A stretch of DNA of 64,000 nt, taken from Vicugna vicugna (Eukaryota). The notes under the pieces were generated by a model. The model was not told where the DNA came from. It did no database searches and saw nothing but the letters and a program-made list of their open reading frames with translations. This document shows positions 47,117 to 59,614 of the stretch, piece after piece; position 1 is the stretch's first letter, and every line of letters begins with the position of its first letter. The stretch covers positions 2,578,948-2,642,947 of the forward strand of contig MU059820.1 in NCBI GenBank assembly GCA_013265495.1, written 5' to 3'. The position numbers were made by a program, and so were the translations under genes.

Positions 47117-48998
47117 AGCTTTTATGACAGTTGTGATTTGCATTTCCCTGATGATTAGTGATGTTGAGCATCTTTTCACATGCATGTTGGCCACCTGTAT
47201 TTCCTCTTTGGAAAAATGCCTGTTCAGTACTTCTGCCTATTGTTTTAATTGGGTTGTTTAGTTTTTTGAAGTTGGGGTGTTTGAGCTTTTTATATATGTT
47301 GGATATTAATCCCTTATTGGTCATATCATTTTCAAATATTTTCTCCCATTCAATAGGTGGTCTTTTTGTTTTGTTGATGTTTCCTTTGCTCTGCAAAAGC
47401 TTTTATATTTAATTAGATCACATTTATTTATTTTTACTTTTATTTCCTTTACTTTAGAAGATGGAGCTGGGGGAAATTTACAAAGACCAAAGTAAATCCA
47501 GAGTGAATTGTGTTCATGGGTTGGGAGACTCAATATTGTAAAGATGTAACATTGCTCAAATTGACTTATAGATTTCATGTAATCTCAATGAAAATTCCAG
47601 CAATTGTTTTTAGAAATTGACAAGGTGATTCTAAAACCTATGTAATACTTTATACCATAAAATACCTGGAGTAGACAAAATGATTTTACAAAAGACAAGA
47701 AGAATTACACTGCCTTATTTTGCATAGTGTACTATGAAGCTACATCAATCAAGAAAGTACGATCAAATAGATAATTGGAATGGAATTGAGAATGTTAGAA
47801 ATAGACCCACTAAACTTACATAGTCTACTGATGTTTTGACAGAAGTGTCAAGGAATATGCTAATCTTTGCAATAAATAATGCTGGAATAACTGGATACCT
47901 GTATGGGCCTTATTTCACATACATGAAAAGTAATACAAAATGCATTATATATCTATTTGCTAAGATACAAAACCTGGAAACTTCTAGAAGAAAACCTAGG
48001 AGATCATTCATATGATCTTCAGTTGGGTAATTGATTTCTTAGGATGCAAAAAGCACAAATCATTTTAGAAAATATTGAAAAATTGGACTTAATTAAAAGA
48101 AGAACTTTTGCTCATCTAAAGACACTATGAAAAATGAAAAGACAAACTTCAAACATACATTTGAGAAGAGACTTGTACCAAGAACATATTAAGAAAGTTT
48201 ATAACTCAATAGTGAGACACACAATCCAAGTAGAAAAAAGGAGCAAAAGGTTTGAGTGGATGCTTCACAAAAGAATATATGCAAATACTAACAAGAACAT
48301 GAATGGATGTGATCCTCCTTAGTCTTTAAGGAAATAATTTAAAACCACAAAGAAATAAGTAACTAAAATTAAAAAGACTCAAGAAACCAAGTATGGTGTG
48401 GAGCATTTGGAACTCTTAGATATTACTAGTGGGAATGTGAAATGGTACAACCAATTTAGAAAACATTCCATGGTGTTTTTTTTGAGTTAAACATATACAT
48501 ACAGCAATTTCACTCCTAGTCACTTACCTAATAGAAATTAAAACATATATCCACACAAAGACTTGCACATAAGTGTTCATTGCAGCATTATTCATAATAC
48601 CCCCCAAATGGAAGCAGCATCAATGTCCGTCAAGTGATGAAAAATTAAAATGCAGTAGGCACACAAAGGGATACTCTTTAGCTATAAAAAGGAATGACCA
48701 ACTGATGCATGCAACAACATGGATGAGCCTCAAGAATGTTATGCTAAGTGAAAGAGTCAGGCATGAAAGTGTATAATTCTACTCATGTGAAATCCAGAGA
48801 AGCCAAACTAGAGTGTTAGAAAAAGCAGATCACTTGTTACCTAGGGCTTGGGTTGGGGACAGGAATTAACTGAAAAAGAACCCAGGGAAACTCTCTGGGG
48901 CAATAAAATGTTTTAACATTGACTGTAGTGACATCTGCACACCTCTTTACACATTTACCAAATCTTGTCAATCTGTATATTTAAAATGGGTGAATTTT

Positions 48999-49177
48999 AA
49001 AAGATCCTAAAAATTTCCATCACAAGAAAAAAGATTGCACCCATATGAGGCGATGAATGTTAACTAAACTTGTGTGGTAACCATTTTCTAATCTATATAG
49101 ATATCAAATTACTATGTTGTACACTTTAAGCTAATACAATGTTGTATTTCAATTCTATCTCAAAACTGGAAGAAATT
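48999..49177 (+). mobile_element. Short L1 3'-end insertion (L1MA9/10-like) with perfect 15-bp TSD
   Basis: catcacaagaaaaaa...gatgaatgttaactaaact...tgttgtacactttaagctaatacaatgttgtatttcaatt; TSD aaatgggtgaatttt 48984-48998 and 49178-49192. Confidence 0.85.
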
Positions 49178-49285
49178 AAATGGGTGAATTTTCTTGTATG
49201 AAAACTATGCCTCAATAGGGCTGTTAAAAATATAAACATCTCTAATGAAATAAAATAAACCAAAGTAAATAAAATAATTCAGCAT

Positions 49286-49655
49286 TGTGATGGTCTTTTG
49301 ATGTGTCAGCCTGACTAGGTGAAGTCCCGACTTACTCAATCAAGCTCTAATCTAGGTGTTGCTGGGAAGGCATTTGTAGATGTGATTAAAGTTCATAATC
49401 AGCTGACTTTAAGTAAGGAAGATTTTTCCTAGACAGTCTAGGAGGGCCTGACTCAATCAGCTGAAAAATTTTAAGTGCAGAGATGAGCCTTCCCTGAAAT
49501 GAGGAGAGAGTCGTGACCGGCAGCTTCAGCCAGGTAAAGGGTTCCAGCCCGCTCCCCGACAGCCTCCTCTACGAAAACTCTAGCCTGTCTCCACAATCGT
49601 GTAAACTGATTCCTTGCAATAAATTCCAGAGGTACTACTATTTTGTTCCATGTCA
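49286..49655 (+). mobile_element. ERVL LTR, MLT2D-like
   Basis: tgtgatggtcttttgatgtgtcagcctgactagg, ctaatctaggtgttgctgggaaggcatttgtagatgtg, aatcagctgactttaagtaagga, ccacaatcgtgtaaactgattcctt. Confidence 0.8.
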
Positions 49656-49882
49656 TTTCACTTTGATTTTCGATTATGCGACTCATGATTGATTTGAAGG
49701 GCAGGGACATTATTTTCTTCACTCATTACTGCTCCTCATTTTGCGCTTGAACTGGAGAACACACTCCATAAATATTTGCTGAATGAATAAATGAAGTATT
49801 ATCCTGGGAATACTGTGATATTTGTCAGACCGTGTGTTCCAAATGTCAGCTTGGAAAATATCGTCATGATTTATACCATGAA

Positions 49883-50087
49883 AGAGGAGTTGGCAAAATT
49901 TTCCTTAAAGGGCCAGGTGGTGAGTATTTTCAGCTCTGTGCACCTTACAGTCTCGATCACTGAACTCTCATTGTAGGGCAAAAATAATCGCAGATACAAT
50001 GTGAATCATCGAGTGTGTCTGTGTTGTAGTAAAACTCAATTTATAAAATCAGGAGACCAGCCCATGGGCCATGGTTTGCCCATCCTG
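49883..50087. mobile_element. MER58A-type hAT-Charlie MITE
   Basis: ggagttggcaaaattttccttaaagggccagg ... cccatgggccatggtttgcccatcctg; TIR-like ends, ~205 bp. Confidence 0.8.
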
Positions 50088-51954
50088 CATAAAGCTCTCT
50101 TCACCTAGAGTGGCTGTAGTTGAGGGATGTTGTGTTAACGAATCATCTGGCCACCATGTAAATTAGTACAGACAAGGTACTAGAGTATAACAAAGTCAAC
50201 TTGTCATCATAATTATACGTAAGTGTAGTTTATCTGGTGGTTCATAAGGTACCCTAGCTTCACCTCCTCCCTGCACTAAAGGTCTCACTGCAAAGTACAA
50301 TGAATATAGATGCAACAGATGTAAAGGGGTAGAAATGGACCTAAATCAACACTGAATCTAAGACCGTCTCTGCAAACTTGTTTTACTTCGTAAGTATCTG
50401 AAATTTCATTATTTACAAGCCTTTGGTTTCTTTCTCGTAAATATATAGGCTTTGAGTCAGAGTTCTAACACTCAGCAGGGAAAGTCTGACTTTAAAGAAT
50501 CACTTACTTGCCTCAGGACTCAGACTGAGAATTAAAGAAACCACTGTATGAAAAGCATTTTTCTTACAAAATTCTAGGAGAATGACTATGGTTGTTATAG
50601 TCCCTATAACCCATTTATCTGGTGGCAATGTTCCTTCCACACACATCACAAGGTGCAAATAAAAAGCACTTTAATATGAAGAATAATTTTCCCAAAGCCT
50701 TTGGTGTTCAAGTCATACACTTCACTACTTATTCCTTATTGACTTTTACTTTATATACAATCCTAACAAACTTGATTATTTATCCACAGCATGAAGACCT
50801 GGGAGAATACCCACTAGCAGGAGAAATACTGCTGATAAAAAGCCAGCACTGTATTTATTTAACATACTGTATTAAATAACCATGATTCATCAAGAAACTT
50901 TTAAATTATGTTTATTGTTCTCTTTTTAGAAAGAAGGAAACCGTGCTGTGCATCTTAGAATAATTTCCATTAAAATAGCTCAATTATTTAAATTAATTCT
51001 GATGCTAGATGAGGAAGTCTTGGATATCTGGAGATAACGCATGTGTAACAGCAGCTGATGATGCCAAGTGACCAAGACGTTAATGTGGGACGTGTGCCTC
51101 TTTTTATCTTCTCCTCTGTAAACATTTTATTCATGCTGTTCAATTTCTTTGCATAATATATCTGCCTTTAGAGTCGAGATTCTGGGAAGCATTTTTTATA
51201 ATACCAAGTGCCTTTAGGTCTGCAGAGAACTCCCTCAGACAGTACGTGGATTTTGAAATGAAAGGGTTCATAGAAGACATTAATTGTTGCTTCTGATTAC
51301 AAAATTCCAGTCAGAGGAGGGCTTTTGTTCAAGAAACACAAGGGCGATCATAAATGCCAATTGGAATCATCAGCCTTGATGTGGTTGGACACTCTGTCCA
51401 CCAAGGTAATGTGCGAGAGACAGTTTATCATTAGCCCTGAGTCCTCTGTGTTAAAAGCTGCAAGCTGGGTTGCCAGTTTGTTGAGCAAGGCAGCAAATCA
51501 CACCTGTCCTGTTGCAGAAAAGCAACTTCAGTGGTGCCGTGGGTGCTCAGAGCCCTGGCCTTGGGCTCCTGTGAAAGTAAAAAACAAACCAAAAAAACCA
51601 AAATCCAAAAAGCCAACAAAAAAAGAAGAAGTTCATGGTTTAGGCTGGCTGCTTTTTTGCTGGGAACAAGATCACTGAAATGTGACCGCTAGCAGCACAG
51701 AGAAACACCCGGGGCATAAAACCCGCTGGTGGATTTTAGATTCAATTCTGCAATCCAGCCACGTGTGGGCAGAGTGGAAGCGAGTGCTCAACCGGCCCAG
51801 CCCTCTCCAGTCTCTGAGAACAGGTAACAACTATCTGCATATATATATTCCCACATTGTAAGACCAAATAGTGAGGCAGGGGCCCAATGAGACAGGGTGT
51901 ATGTCATGGTCATTTAGCTGGTCATCAAACATGGTCCATTTCCTTCCACAGGTG

Positions 51955-52165
51955 GTTAAAAACATGGATCTTACAATCGGATCCAAGCTCTGCCACTGTA
52001 GTTGGGTGAGTCGGCACGTGCATATTTTTCTCTGATTCCAGTAGACTCATTTATAAAATGTGGTCCATAATAATAGTACCTCCTTACACGTTTGCTGTGT
52101 GACATTAGAAAAGATATTTTTAGCATATTTAAGTACTTAGGCCAATGTGTGGCGTAGAATTAACA
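51955..52165 (+). mobile_element. MIR SINE
   Basis: ggatccaagctctgccact, ctcatttataaaatgtgg..ataataatagtacctcc. Confidence 0.65.
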
Positions 52166-52189
52166 CCCACTGCACGGCGGAGCGTATCC

Positions 52190-52960
52190 ATGTATGCGTA
52201 GGTCTCATCCTCGATTCTCTGCTCTGTTCTGTTGCATTATTTTTCTTTCTTTATGCCAGCACCACATTGGTTTTGATTACTACAGTTTCATAGTGATTCT
52301 TGAAATCAGATACTGTCAGCCCTCTAATGTTTTCTACGTTGTTTTGACTATTCCAGGTTCTTTGTATTCCCACACTGATTTCAGGATCAGTTCATCAATG
52401 AATTCAAAAAGGCTTTCTGGGATTTTGATTGGGATTGCATTGAATCTATAGATCCATTTGGATAAAATTTACATTTTAACAATACTGAATAAAAAGATGC
52501 CTATTTTTCCATTCGTTGTGTTTTTGATTTCAGTCAGCAGTGGAAGTCTTCTGTTCCTAGTTTGCTGAGATTTTTAAAACAGGGAATGGATGCTAGAGAG
52601 TCGAATGCATTTTCTGTGGCTATTGAGATGATCATACGGTTTTTCTTTTTCTAGTTTGTTAATATGGTGAATTACATGTTTTTTGAATATTAAATCAATC
52701 TGCATTCTTGAGATCGCTTCATCACAATGTTTTGTCTTTTTAATGTGAGCTTCCTTACATTGGAATCCACTATCCTGGAGGATCATGAATCTTGATTACT
52801 CTGAAAAGGCAAGAAGGAAGCCAACTAATATTTTTATCTGCTCTACTTAGTCTGCAGGAGGATGGCTGGCCTTGAAGAGAAAGTGAACAAATGAGCTTTT
52901 TTTTGCCTGTCTTGTTATCTTCATTGGCAGCAATTGCCCTTTTCAAGGACTCTCCCCATC
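52190..52960 (-). mobile_element. Old L1 ORF2 fragment
   Basis: ttttgattactacagtttcatagtgattcttgaaatcag, gggattttgattgggattgcattgaatctatagatc, gaatgcattttctgtggctattgagatgatcatacgg. Confidence 0.75.
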
Positions 52961-53016
52961 GATCATTATGATGGTCAGCAGGCGACAGGGGCACCGTGAG
53001 TGGTTACCTTGTAATC

Positions 53017-53130
53017 CAGTGGTTCTCACATGTCAGTGGCCATCAGAATCGGCTGAAAGGCTTGTTGGGACACGGATTGCTGGGCCTGCTCCCAGAATTT
53101 CTGATTCATCATGTCTGGGGTGTGGCCTTA
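53017..53130. mobile_element. MER5A fragment
   Basis: cagtggttctcac...catcagaatc...gattgctgggcctgctcccagaatttctgattca...tctggggtgtggcc. Confidence 0.75.
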
Positions 53131-54119
53131 CAGGGGAAGGAAGAAAAGCCTGCAAAACTGCCACATCCCTGAGGACACAGACTCTCACAAACCAGGCGTA
53201 CCTGTGGAACAATGTCTTCAGGAGGCGAACCTGTGCAGGCTTCACTCGTGGTCACCATGGTTACCATGGGCTCTCTCTTGGCCCCTTTTGTGATAACACA
53301 ATGAGAAAAGCCTGAGTCCCATGGAGTGAGCAGCGAAAAGGAATTGGGCAGCCTCCTCCAGCCGCCTTGCAGGAGGCCTTGGCAGGGGCTTGAGTGAGAG
53401 TCAGCAGAGTATGCAGGATGGATCTTGAGATTGTAAATAAAAGATGTGGTGCTGAGCTTGCAAACTTGGTTCTTTGTTACTGCAGGAATCTCATGGCCAC
53501 CCAGTTGGTGGCTGGTGTAAGAAAATAAAATGGCCCATCCGTGCCCCCGCCCCCTCTGAGGAAGCCCCAGTGTCAGGGGAGGAAGCCCCGGCACTGGGAG
53601 ACAGCTGGACCCCTTCTCCCAGCATGGGGACCTCAGAGGACTGGCCTGGATCCTTAGCAGTTGTTATGCCCTGCTGCCTTGGTTGTGGCATCTGGTTCTT
53701 GCTTCCACAGAGAGGGGAGACCCCACCCTCAGGCAGGGGAGTCCCCAGAGCACTTAGTTCGGGTGGGAAGCAGAGACCCCAGCCTCTGGAGTCTCCTTGT
53801 GTCTGGCAGTCCTCACCAAGAAGGACGACACGCAGGCCCCCAGACCTGCCACCTGGGCTGTAATGCTGTGCTTGGCTTGCTCCCTTTCCAGCACAGACAC
53901 CACCTGCTCCTGCTTCTATGAAGTGGCTACCAGATTCCCATTTGCCTTCTGCCTAGTGAGACGCTGAAAATCTCTCAAAGGAGATACTAGACCTTTTGTT
54001 ATAGAGAGTACTGATTCTATATATACTTAAAAGAAAATTTCTTTTACTCTGCCAACAAAAGTCAACCCAGGCCACTGTTCCGGATAACTTGCAACCTTTA
54101 AATTTTTCAATTCTTTCCC

Positions 54120-54480
54120 AGTTCATTCAGGAAGCACTTAATGAGTGTCTCCAAGATACTGGACACTGTGTTAGAAGATCACTAAAAAAAGTCTGTGACC
54201 TCAGGCAGCTCAGGGAGTGCACAGTCTACCCAGAGAGCTGGGCATGGTCAGATACTGTCACTGTAATAGGCAGGAGCTATGACAGAAGTAAGTTCATGGC
54301 GCTCCAGGAGCACAGAGGGAATTCCAACCCACACAGGAAGGCTTCCTGAAGAAGGTGGCTTCTGAGATTAGCCAGGAAGTATGAATAGGGTTAGCTGGTC
54401 CACAACGGGGGCAGGCACTCCAGGAAGAGGGAAAAAGCATGAACAAAGCCGTAAAGGCAAGAAACAGCAGTGTGGCTGGT
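54120..54480 (-). mobile_element. L2 LINE 3' fragment
   Basis: ttcattcaggaagcacttaatgagtgtct...caggaaggcttcctgaagaaggtgg...ggaagagggaaaaagcatgaacaaag. Confidence 0.7.
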
Positions 54481-54710
54481 ACGTGTGTGTGTGCACGTAT
54501 GTTTGTGTGTATATGCATGCGTGCATTTGTGTATTCATGTATATGTATATGTGTATACACGTGTGCGTGTACATGTGTATCTGTGTGTTCATGCATGTAC
54601 ACATGTTTTCTGCTTCTGCATGTGCAGGTGTGTGGATGCATGTGAGTACATGTGTGAATGTTTACACATGCATGGGCACGTGTGTGTGAGCTTATGCATG
54701 GCTATGTGGT
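54481..54710. repeat. Degenerate TG/TA/CA low-complexity repeat
   Basis: gtgtgtgtgcacgtatgtttgtgtgtatatgcatgc... Confidence 0.85.
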
Positions 54711-55784
54711 AGAACTGGCAAAGGAGGGGTGAGGGCAGGGAATACAAAGAATTCCACACTTCTGAAAGGTCAAGTGCAAGGAGGGCAGCATGATGAGGGT
54801 GGAGCCAGGTCGGGGGTGGGGGGGTGCCTCGAGCAACACACTGAGGAGACCGGCTTTGGGTTTTCCTTCCAGGGACTCTCTTGATAATCTTCACGGAGTG
54901 AGATGCGTGATGGGAGCAGGTCAGGACGGGTAGCCTCTTACATCTTTGGAATAGTTTGAGTTCCCCAGAGGCAGAGCCTGAGGCAGGGATTTGGGAGTCC
55001 TGGCTTAAAGAGGCCACGCTCTCAGGAGAAAGATGCGGGATACGGTAGATGCTAAGCAAGGCTGTGTGCTCAGCTGAGGCTCTGCCTTAGCCCAATTCTA
55101 TAGTGAGACTGCATCACAGAGCTCGTTCTGCCTCCTGAAAAGTGGGCATCCTTTTGCTCCTGGTATTAGTTGGTCTCTGGGGGTGGGGATGGCGAGAGGA
55201 TGCATTCATGGCCGAGGCCCGTTCTCCAGAGAAGGGTCAGCTGTGCATGCTTACTGGTTGGCACCTGAGGGGATGGGTGCACTGGCTGGCGATGGGTATC
55301 TGGGCAGGACACCAATAGCATCTACTCACAGTACATAGTATTTTTATAAATTCCTTGAGCAGTTCTAGAAATTAGGGTTAAATTAATTTGATGTTAGTTG
55401 CTTTCATTGAGAAAACTTCCTTTAACATAATAAACACCCTCAATAACAGTGCTATGATTTTTTTGCAGAGTATTTCTCAGCTCCGTATTGGATTACCAAA
55501 TTCTTAGCTTACTGATTTTTTTTTGCCATAGGTTCTGTGCCAAAAATCACTTCCGTAACATTCCAGATAGAAAGCAGACATTCTTTTTAACCGAAGTCTT
55601 AAAAAATAGTTTCAAATTTAAGATGGGCTTCAATTAATAAAGCCTGTACCTGAGAAGCCAACAATACGCTGAAACTCTCTTCCGTCTGATGTTGGCACGG
55701 TGCTTAGACAAGGCTTTCCTGTCCCTAATCCACGAGGGTGTGGGTGGGAGGAGGGGAGCCATTTACCAAACCTGAGTTTGATTA

Positions 55785-55900
55785 CTGTTAAAGAGAAATT
55801 ATCCTGACACTTGTTAAAGTGATAAGACTTTATTTAAGACTATTGTAACAGGGGAGAGAGACTGAGCTCAGCTGCAACCGCTACTAGCTTGGACAGCAGT
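55785..55900 (-). mobile_element. ERV1-class LTR fragment (MER34/MER39-like)
   Basis: tgttaaagagaaattatcctgacacttgttaaag...gactttatttaagactattg...ggggagagagactgagctca. Confidence 0.5.
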
Positions 55901-57343
55901 GACTATTTCGGCAGGAAGAATTGGCTCCCAGTAGCGGAGGAAGGACTCCTAAATTGATTCTAGGTCCTGCCTGTTTGCTTTTGGAGTGGGGATGTGTTTA
56001 TGTTGCCTAGAAAGAGGTAGCATGACCAGACACTAGCAGAAGAGCCCTCACTCTGTTCCCCTTTTATAATACTCAACTATGTGCTATGAAACAACAGAGA
56101 GAGAGATTGAAAAGAACACAGTAGTTAAGGGACCTGTTAAAAGTGACTGCAATTCGGCGTACTCCTGCTGGAACCAAAAGCAAGGAAATAGGCTGCTTTG
56201 TTTTGGGAGATAAAGAAAGAAAGAAAGAAAAAAAAAAAGAAACAAAACATACTACCAACAAAACAAGCCCACAGATACATTTAACCAGAAATGTATTTAT
56301 TTAGTCCTCTGAAATGTCTTAATACGGGGCTAGATGTTCTGTTTATAAATCTGTAATTACAAGTAACTGTGTTGCAATGATGATAAAATTGCAGGATTTT
56401 TATGTGGGGATTTAATGGCATTAATTGGAGCCATGAGCACTACTTAATTAACCTGAGAATATGAGCTTCTGGTGAAAAGCCACTGCTTCCAGGTAAGCCT
56501 GTGTTCCAGGAACAGCAGTGTTTAAACATTTAAAGGCTGTCAATTACTGATGGCGGTAGTCAGTGCTCCTGGCAAGCAGTCACCTGGGGGCTGGGAAGTT
56601 GGGAAGCATTTGATTTCTGTAGGTGGAAATGCTCACAGTGCAGATAGTGTTGGGACAAGTTCTTTTTCCAGAACTGCAGCCCATCAGAGCAAGAGATCTA
56701 AGGGCAGCTCTCCTCCACTCTCCTGGCATCCTTTCCTCATCTCCCCCCTCCTACCTCCAAGCCGGGACTGCCCATTCCCTGGAACTCAGCCCTCTGCTCA
56801 GGTCACAGGATGGGAGGAAATCAACTAGGCTGGAAAGTTAAATGGGCATCTGAGTAGGAGCCATTGAAGATGGAAATAAAAATTCACAAAGGAAACCTTG
56901 TATTTTATCCTCAACTATTCTCTTCCCTCCTTATTCAAATGGGGATTCTGTTTTTATTGCTGATTTTTTTTCCTCCGAACTGAAATTGTCTAATGTAATT
57001 TTAACTAGCAGAATCGCTGAACTTAATTTGATGGAATAGAAAAAGGGGGGCTTTGTTCTCTTAAAAAGAACAAATGTTAGCCAATTCTTATTGATGAACA
57101 CAATAAGCCAAGCCTTACTGGGGAGGGGAGCGGAAGGTAAGTGGAAGATGCAGAGGAAAAGGGCATAATATTTATAACATTGTGAATGAAACATTAAGAG
57201 TGGGCAAATTAAAACAGTCTTTTAGCAGAAAGGACATATGTGTTGCTCAGACTCGAATCCACGTGTTCCAGTCTCTTCTTTGGAATTGTGCAGAGTGCTG
57301 AGCTACTTTGGTGATGGGAGAAGCTTGATGTGAAGCTTGTGTT

Positions 57344-57481
57344 CTTTTTTTTTTGAGAAATAATTTTTAAAATTGAGTTATAGTCATTTTACAATGTTGT
57401 GTCAAATTCCAGTGTAGCGCACAATTTTTCAGTTATACATGAACATACATATATTCATTGTCACATTTTTTTCACTGTGAA
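57344..57481 (-). mobile_element. Very short camelid-type L1 3'-end insertion with 12-bp TSD
   Basis: Poly-T, aattgagttatagtcattttacaatgttgtgtcaaattccagtgtagcgcacaatttttcagttatacatgaacatac; TSD gaagcttgtgtt 57332-57343 and 57482-57493. Confidence 0.85.
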
Positions 57482-57659
57482 GAAGCTTGTGTTTTTAAAG
57501 CAACCATCCTATGTGCTCATACATGAGTGAAATGCAAGTAAGGAAACCATGAAACATCTCACTTCTAGAAGATTTTTAATCAGAAAATGCTGTTCTATAC
57601 CTGTCTCACAGTGGGGACACTGTAAGCAAAGGAGAGGACACTTTCCTTTAAAATGTGGG

Positions 57660-58790
57660 GACCCAGCAATTCCACTCCCGGATATTTACCCAGAGTAATG
57701 AAAGCACATGTCCACAGAAAGACTTGCTCAAGAATATTCACAGCATCCAAAACCCAAGAACCAACTCAAATGGCCATCCACGGGGGAATGGAAAAACAAC
57801 TTGTATATTCACATAGTGGAATATGAATCTGCAATGAAAAAAGCCTCCTGATACATGGGGAAAAATGTGGTTGGATCTTAAAAAGATCATGTTGAGCAAG
57901 TGAAGCCAGATGTGTGTCAAATAAAAAACAAATCTGGACTTCATGTGGAGAGATTTTATTCACAATGAGGGAGACGGGTCTGACCATCAGATCAGCAAGG
58001 CTCTCAAAGGCTAGGGTGAGGGGTTGTTCTTTGCAGAGAGGAGTGAATAAGGCTAGGAAGAAGGGTGAGGGCATAGGTGATGGGACAGAAGATCTGGAAG
58101 GTTTTACCCTGAGGTGCAGTGAAGGTGGGGCTCTTTTTCTGGGAGGGGCTGTCTGCTGGCACTGGAGGACTGTGAGCCATAGTTCACTGGCCTGGGAAAG
58201 GGGAGACCCTTAACTCCAGTTTGATTAACAAACATTTTGTTCTGATTGATTAGTGGGCACCAGCAATCCAGCTAATCATTTATGAAGCAAATAAAGGGAG
58301 TTTGCAGGCTCAGTGTCTGGCTCTCTCATCACATAAACAAGGAGGGCACCTTGGAGTCCTATTAACTTGCAGGAGGAAGTGTGCCTTTTGCTGTAAGATG
58401 TTTCCCGGAGCACAAAAAGGTAGGAGAGGGGTGTTCCTGGAAAATTTGCTGTTTTCCAGGAGCACAGGGCTCAGGTAAATTTCAGCCTTGCTATATTAAA
58501 GAGTATCATTCTATTTCTATGAAATTCTAAAAAAAGCAAAACTAAGCTACAGTGGTAGATGAGTGGCTGCCTGGCGGCTGTGGTGGGCATGAGGACTGAC
58601 TGTCCAAGGGCATAAGGAAACTTTTGAGGGTGACAAAATCAAAATTCAAATCTTGATTTGGTGATAGTTGCATTGTATATACGTTTTCCCAAATTCATGG
58701 AACTATGCGCTTAGAATGGCGGCATTTGATTGCATGCAATTGTATCTCAGTAAAATTGATTCTGGAAAATGTAAGATGGTGAAAACCTAA
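57660..58790 (+). mobile_element. Old L1M 3' end, split by an LTR at 57915-58493
   Basis: gacccagcaattccactcccggatatttacccagag, cacatgtccacagaaagacttg, ggaactatgcgcttagaatgg. Confidence 0.75.
57915..58493 (-). mobile_element. ERV1-class solo LTR (MER34/MER89-like)
   Basis: tgtcaaataaaaaac start; cattttgttctgattgattagtggg, cagctaatcatttatga, gctgttttccaggagcacagggctcaggtaaa; L1 resumes after it. Confidence 0.6.
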
Positions 58791-59614
58791 TGGCCGTGAG
58801 CTGAGGCATGGAAACCAGGCATCACCTGCGAGCTGTGAGATGGGTATTGGACAACTGCTGCTCCTCACCGAGTGTCACTTTCCCCCTTAACGCCCACCTC
58901 TTAAGATTGCTTAGACCCTTAAAGACATCCACCCAGCAGGAGCTCAACTCTAATGTCCCTTATTGCTGTCACCGCCACCACTGTGCCTTTCTCTTCATCT
59001 GTGTCTCCCAGGCAATGTGATGCAGTGGAGAGAGAATGAGATTTCAAGGCAGAGGATCTGGGCTGCAGGTGCTTCACCTGCAGTGTCTTCAGCTATAAAA
59101 CAAGGAAATATAATAATCTGGGCTCAGCTATATTGCAGTATGTTTATGGAAATCAACTGTGAATGCATACGTAAGCTAAAGCAATATCACAAGTGGAAAC
59201 AAGCCAGGAAATGGAATTGTTTTGCTTCTTTATGCCTCTGTATTTTCTAATTTCTTTTTCACAAAGAAGATGAATTATCCCCATAATCAGGAAAAAAATG
59301 TAAAGTAATTTCCATTTCAGAAACAGACGCTGCAGGCCTGGGGTAAGTACTTAGATATTTGTTTGAAAAACAGGTGTATGAGAAGAGGTGATTATGTAAT
59401 TTACCTTCTAGGGAGGTCACTTCTGGAAGTGGAAAAAGGTGCTGTCACTAATTTCACCAGGACAACCTGCACAGACCATGACTATCTGGAGAAGACTGAG
59501 ATGTCCGGTCATCTACAGGAAAAGGGCATGGAAACTAACATTTACTCCCAAATTCCTCTTAAAAATAACGAATGTTAACACTTGAGGGTGCTTAATTATT
59601 CATGTATTTACTCT

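Larger units (their letters stand above)
46395..47465 (-). mobile_element. Younger 5'-truncated L1 (cetartiodactyl-type 3' end) with 15-bp TSD; contains assembly gaps
   Basis: T-rich tail tttattttattttatt, acagttattacagaatattggctatattccc; TSD gctggggtaaattta 46380-46394 / gctgggggaaattta 47466-47480 (1 mismatch). Confidence 0.85.
43290..48998 (+). mobile_element. Old L1 (L1MC/MD-class) from ORF1 end through decayed ORF2 to 3' UTR, interrupted by later insertions
   Basis: aaggaagtccttcaggctgaaag (ORF1 end), atccaactatatgctgcct (endonuclease), ataaattccttgaaaa, aaaactacaaaccattg, cacacaaagacttgcac (3' region). Confidence 0.85.

Noticed and set aside
43729-48776. ORFs with L1 ORF2-like peptides (also 60232-60624)
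   Set aside because: Fragments of decayed LINE-1 with many stops and frameshifts; not host genes or active elements
58436-58460. 9-bp inverted repeat cctggaaaa/ttttccagg in an LTR
   Set aside because: A few 9-bp short-loop stems are expected by chance in 64 kb
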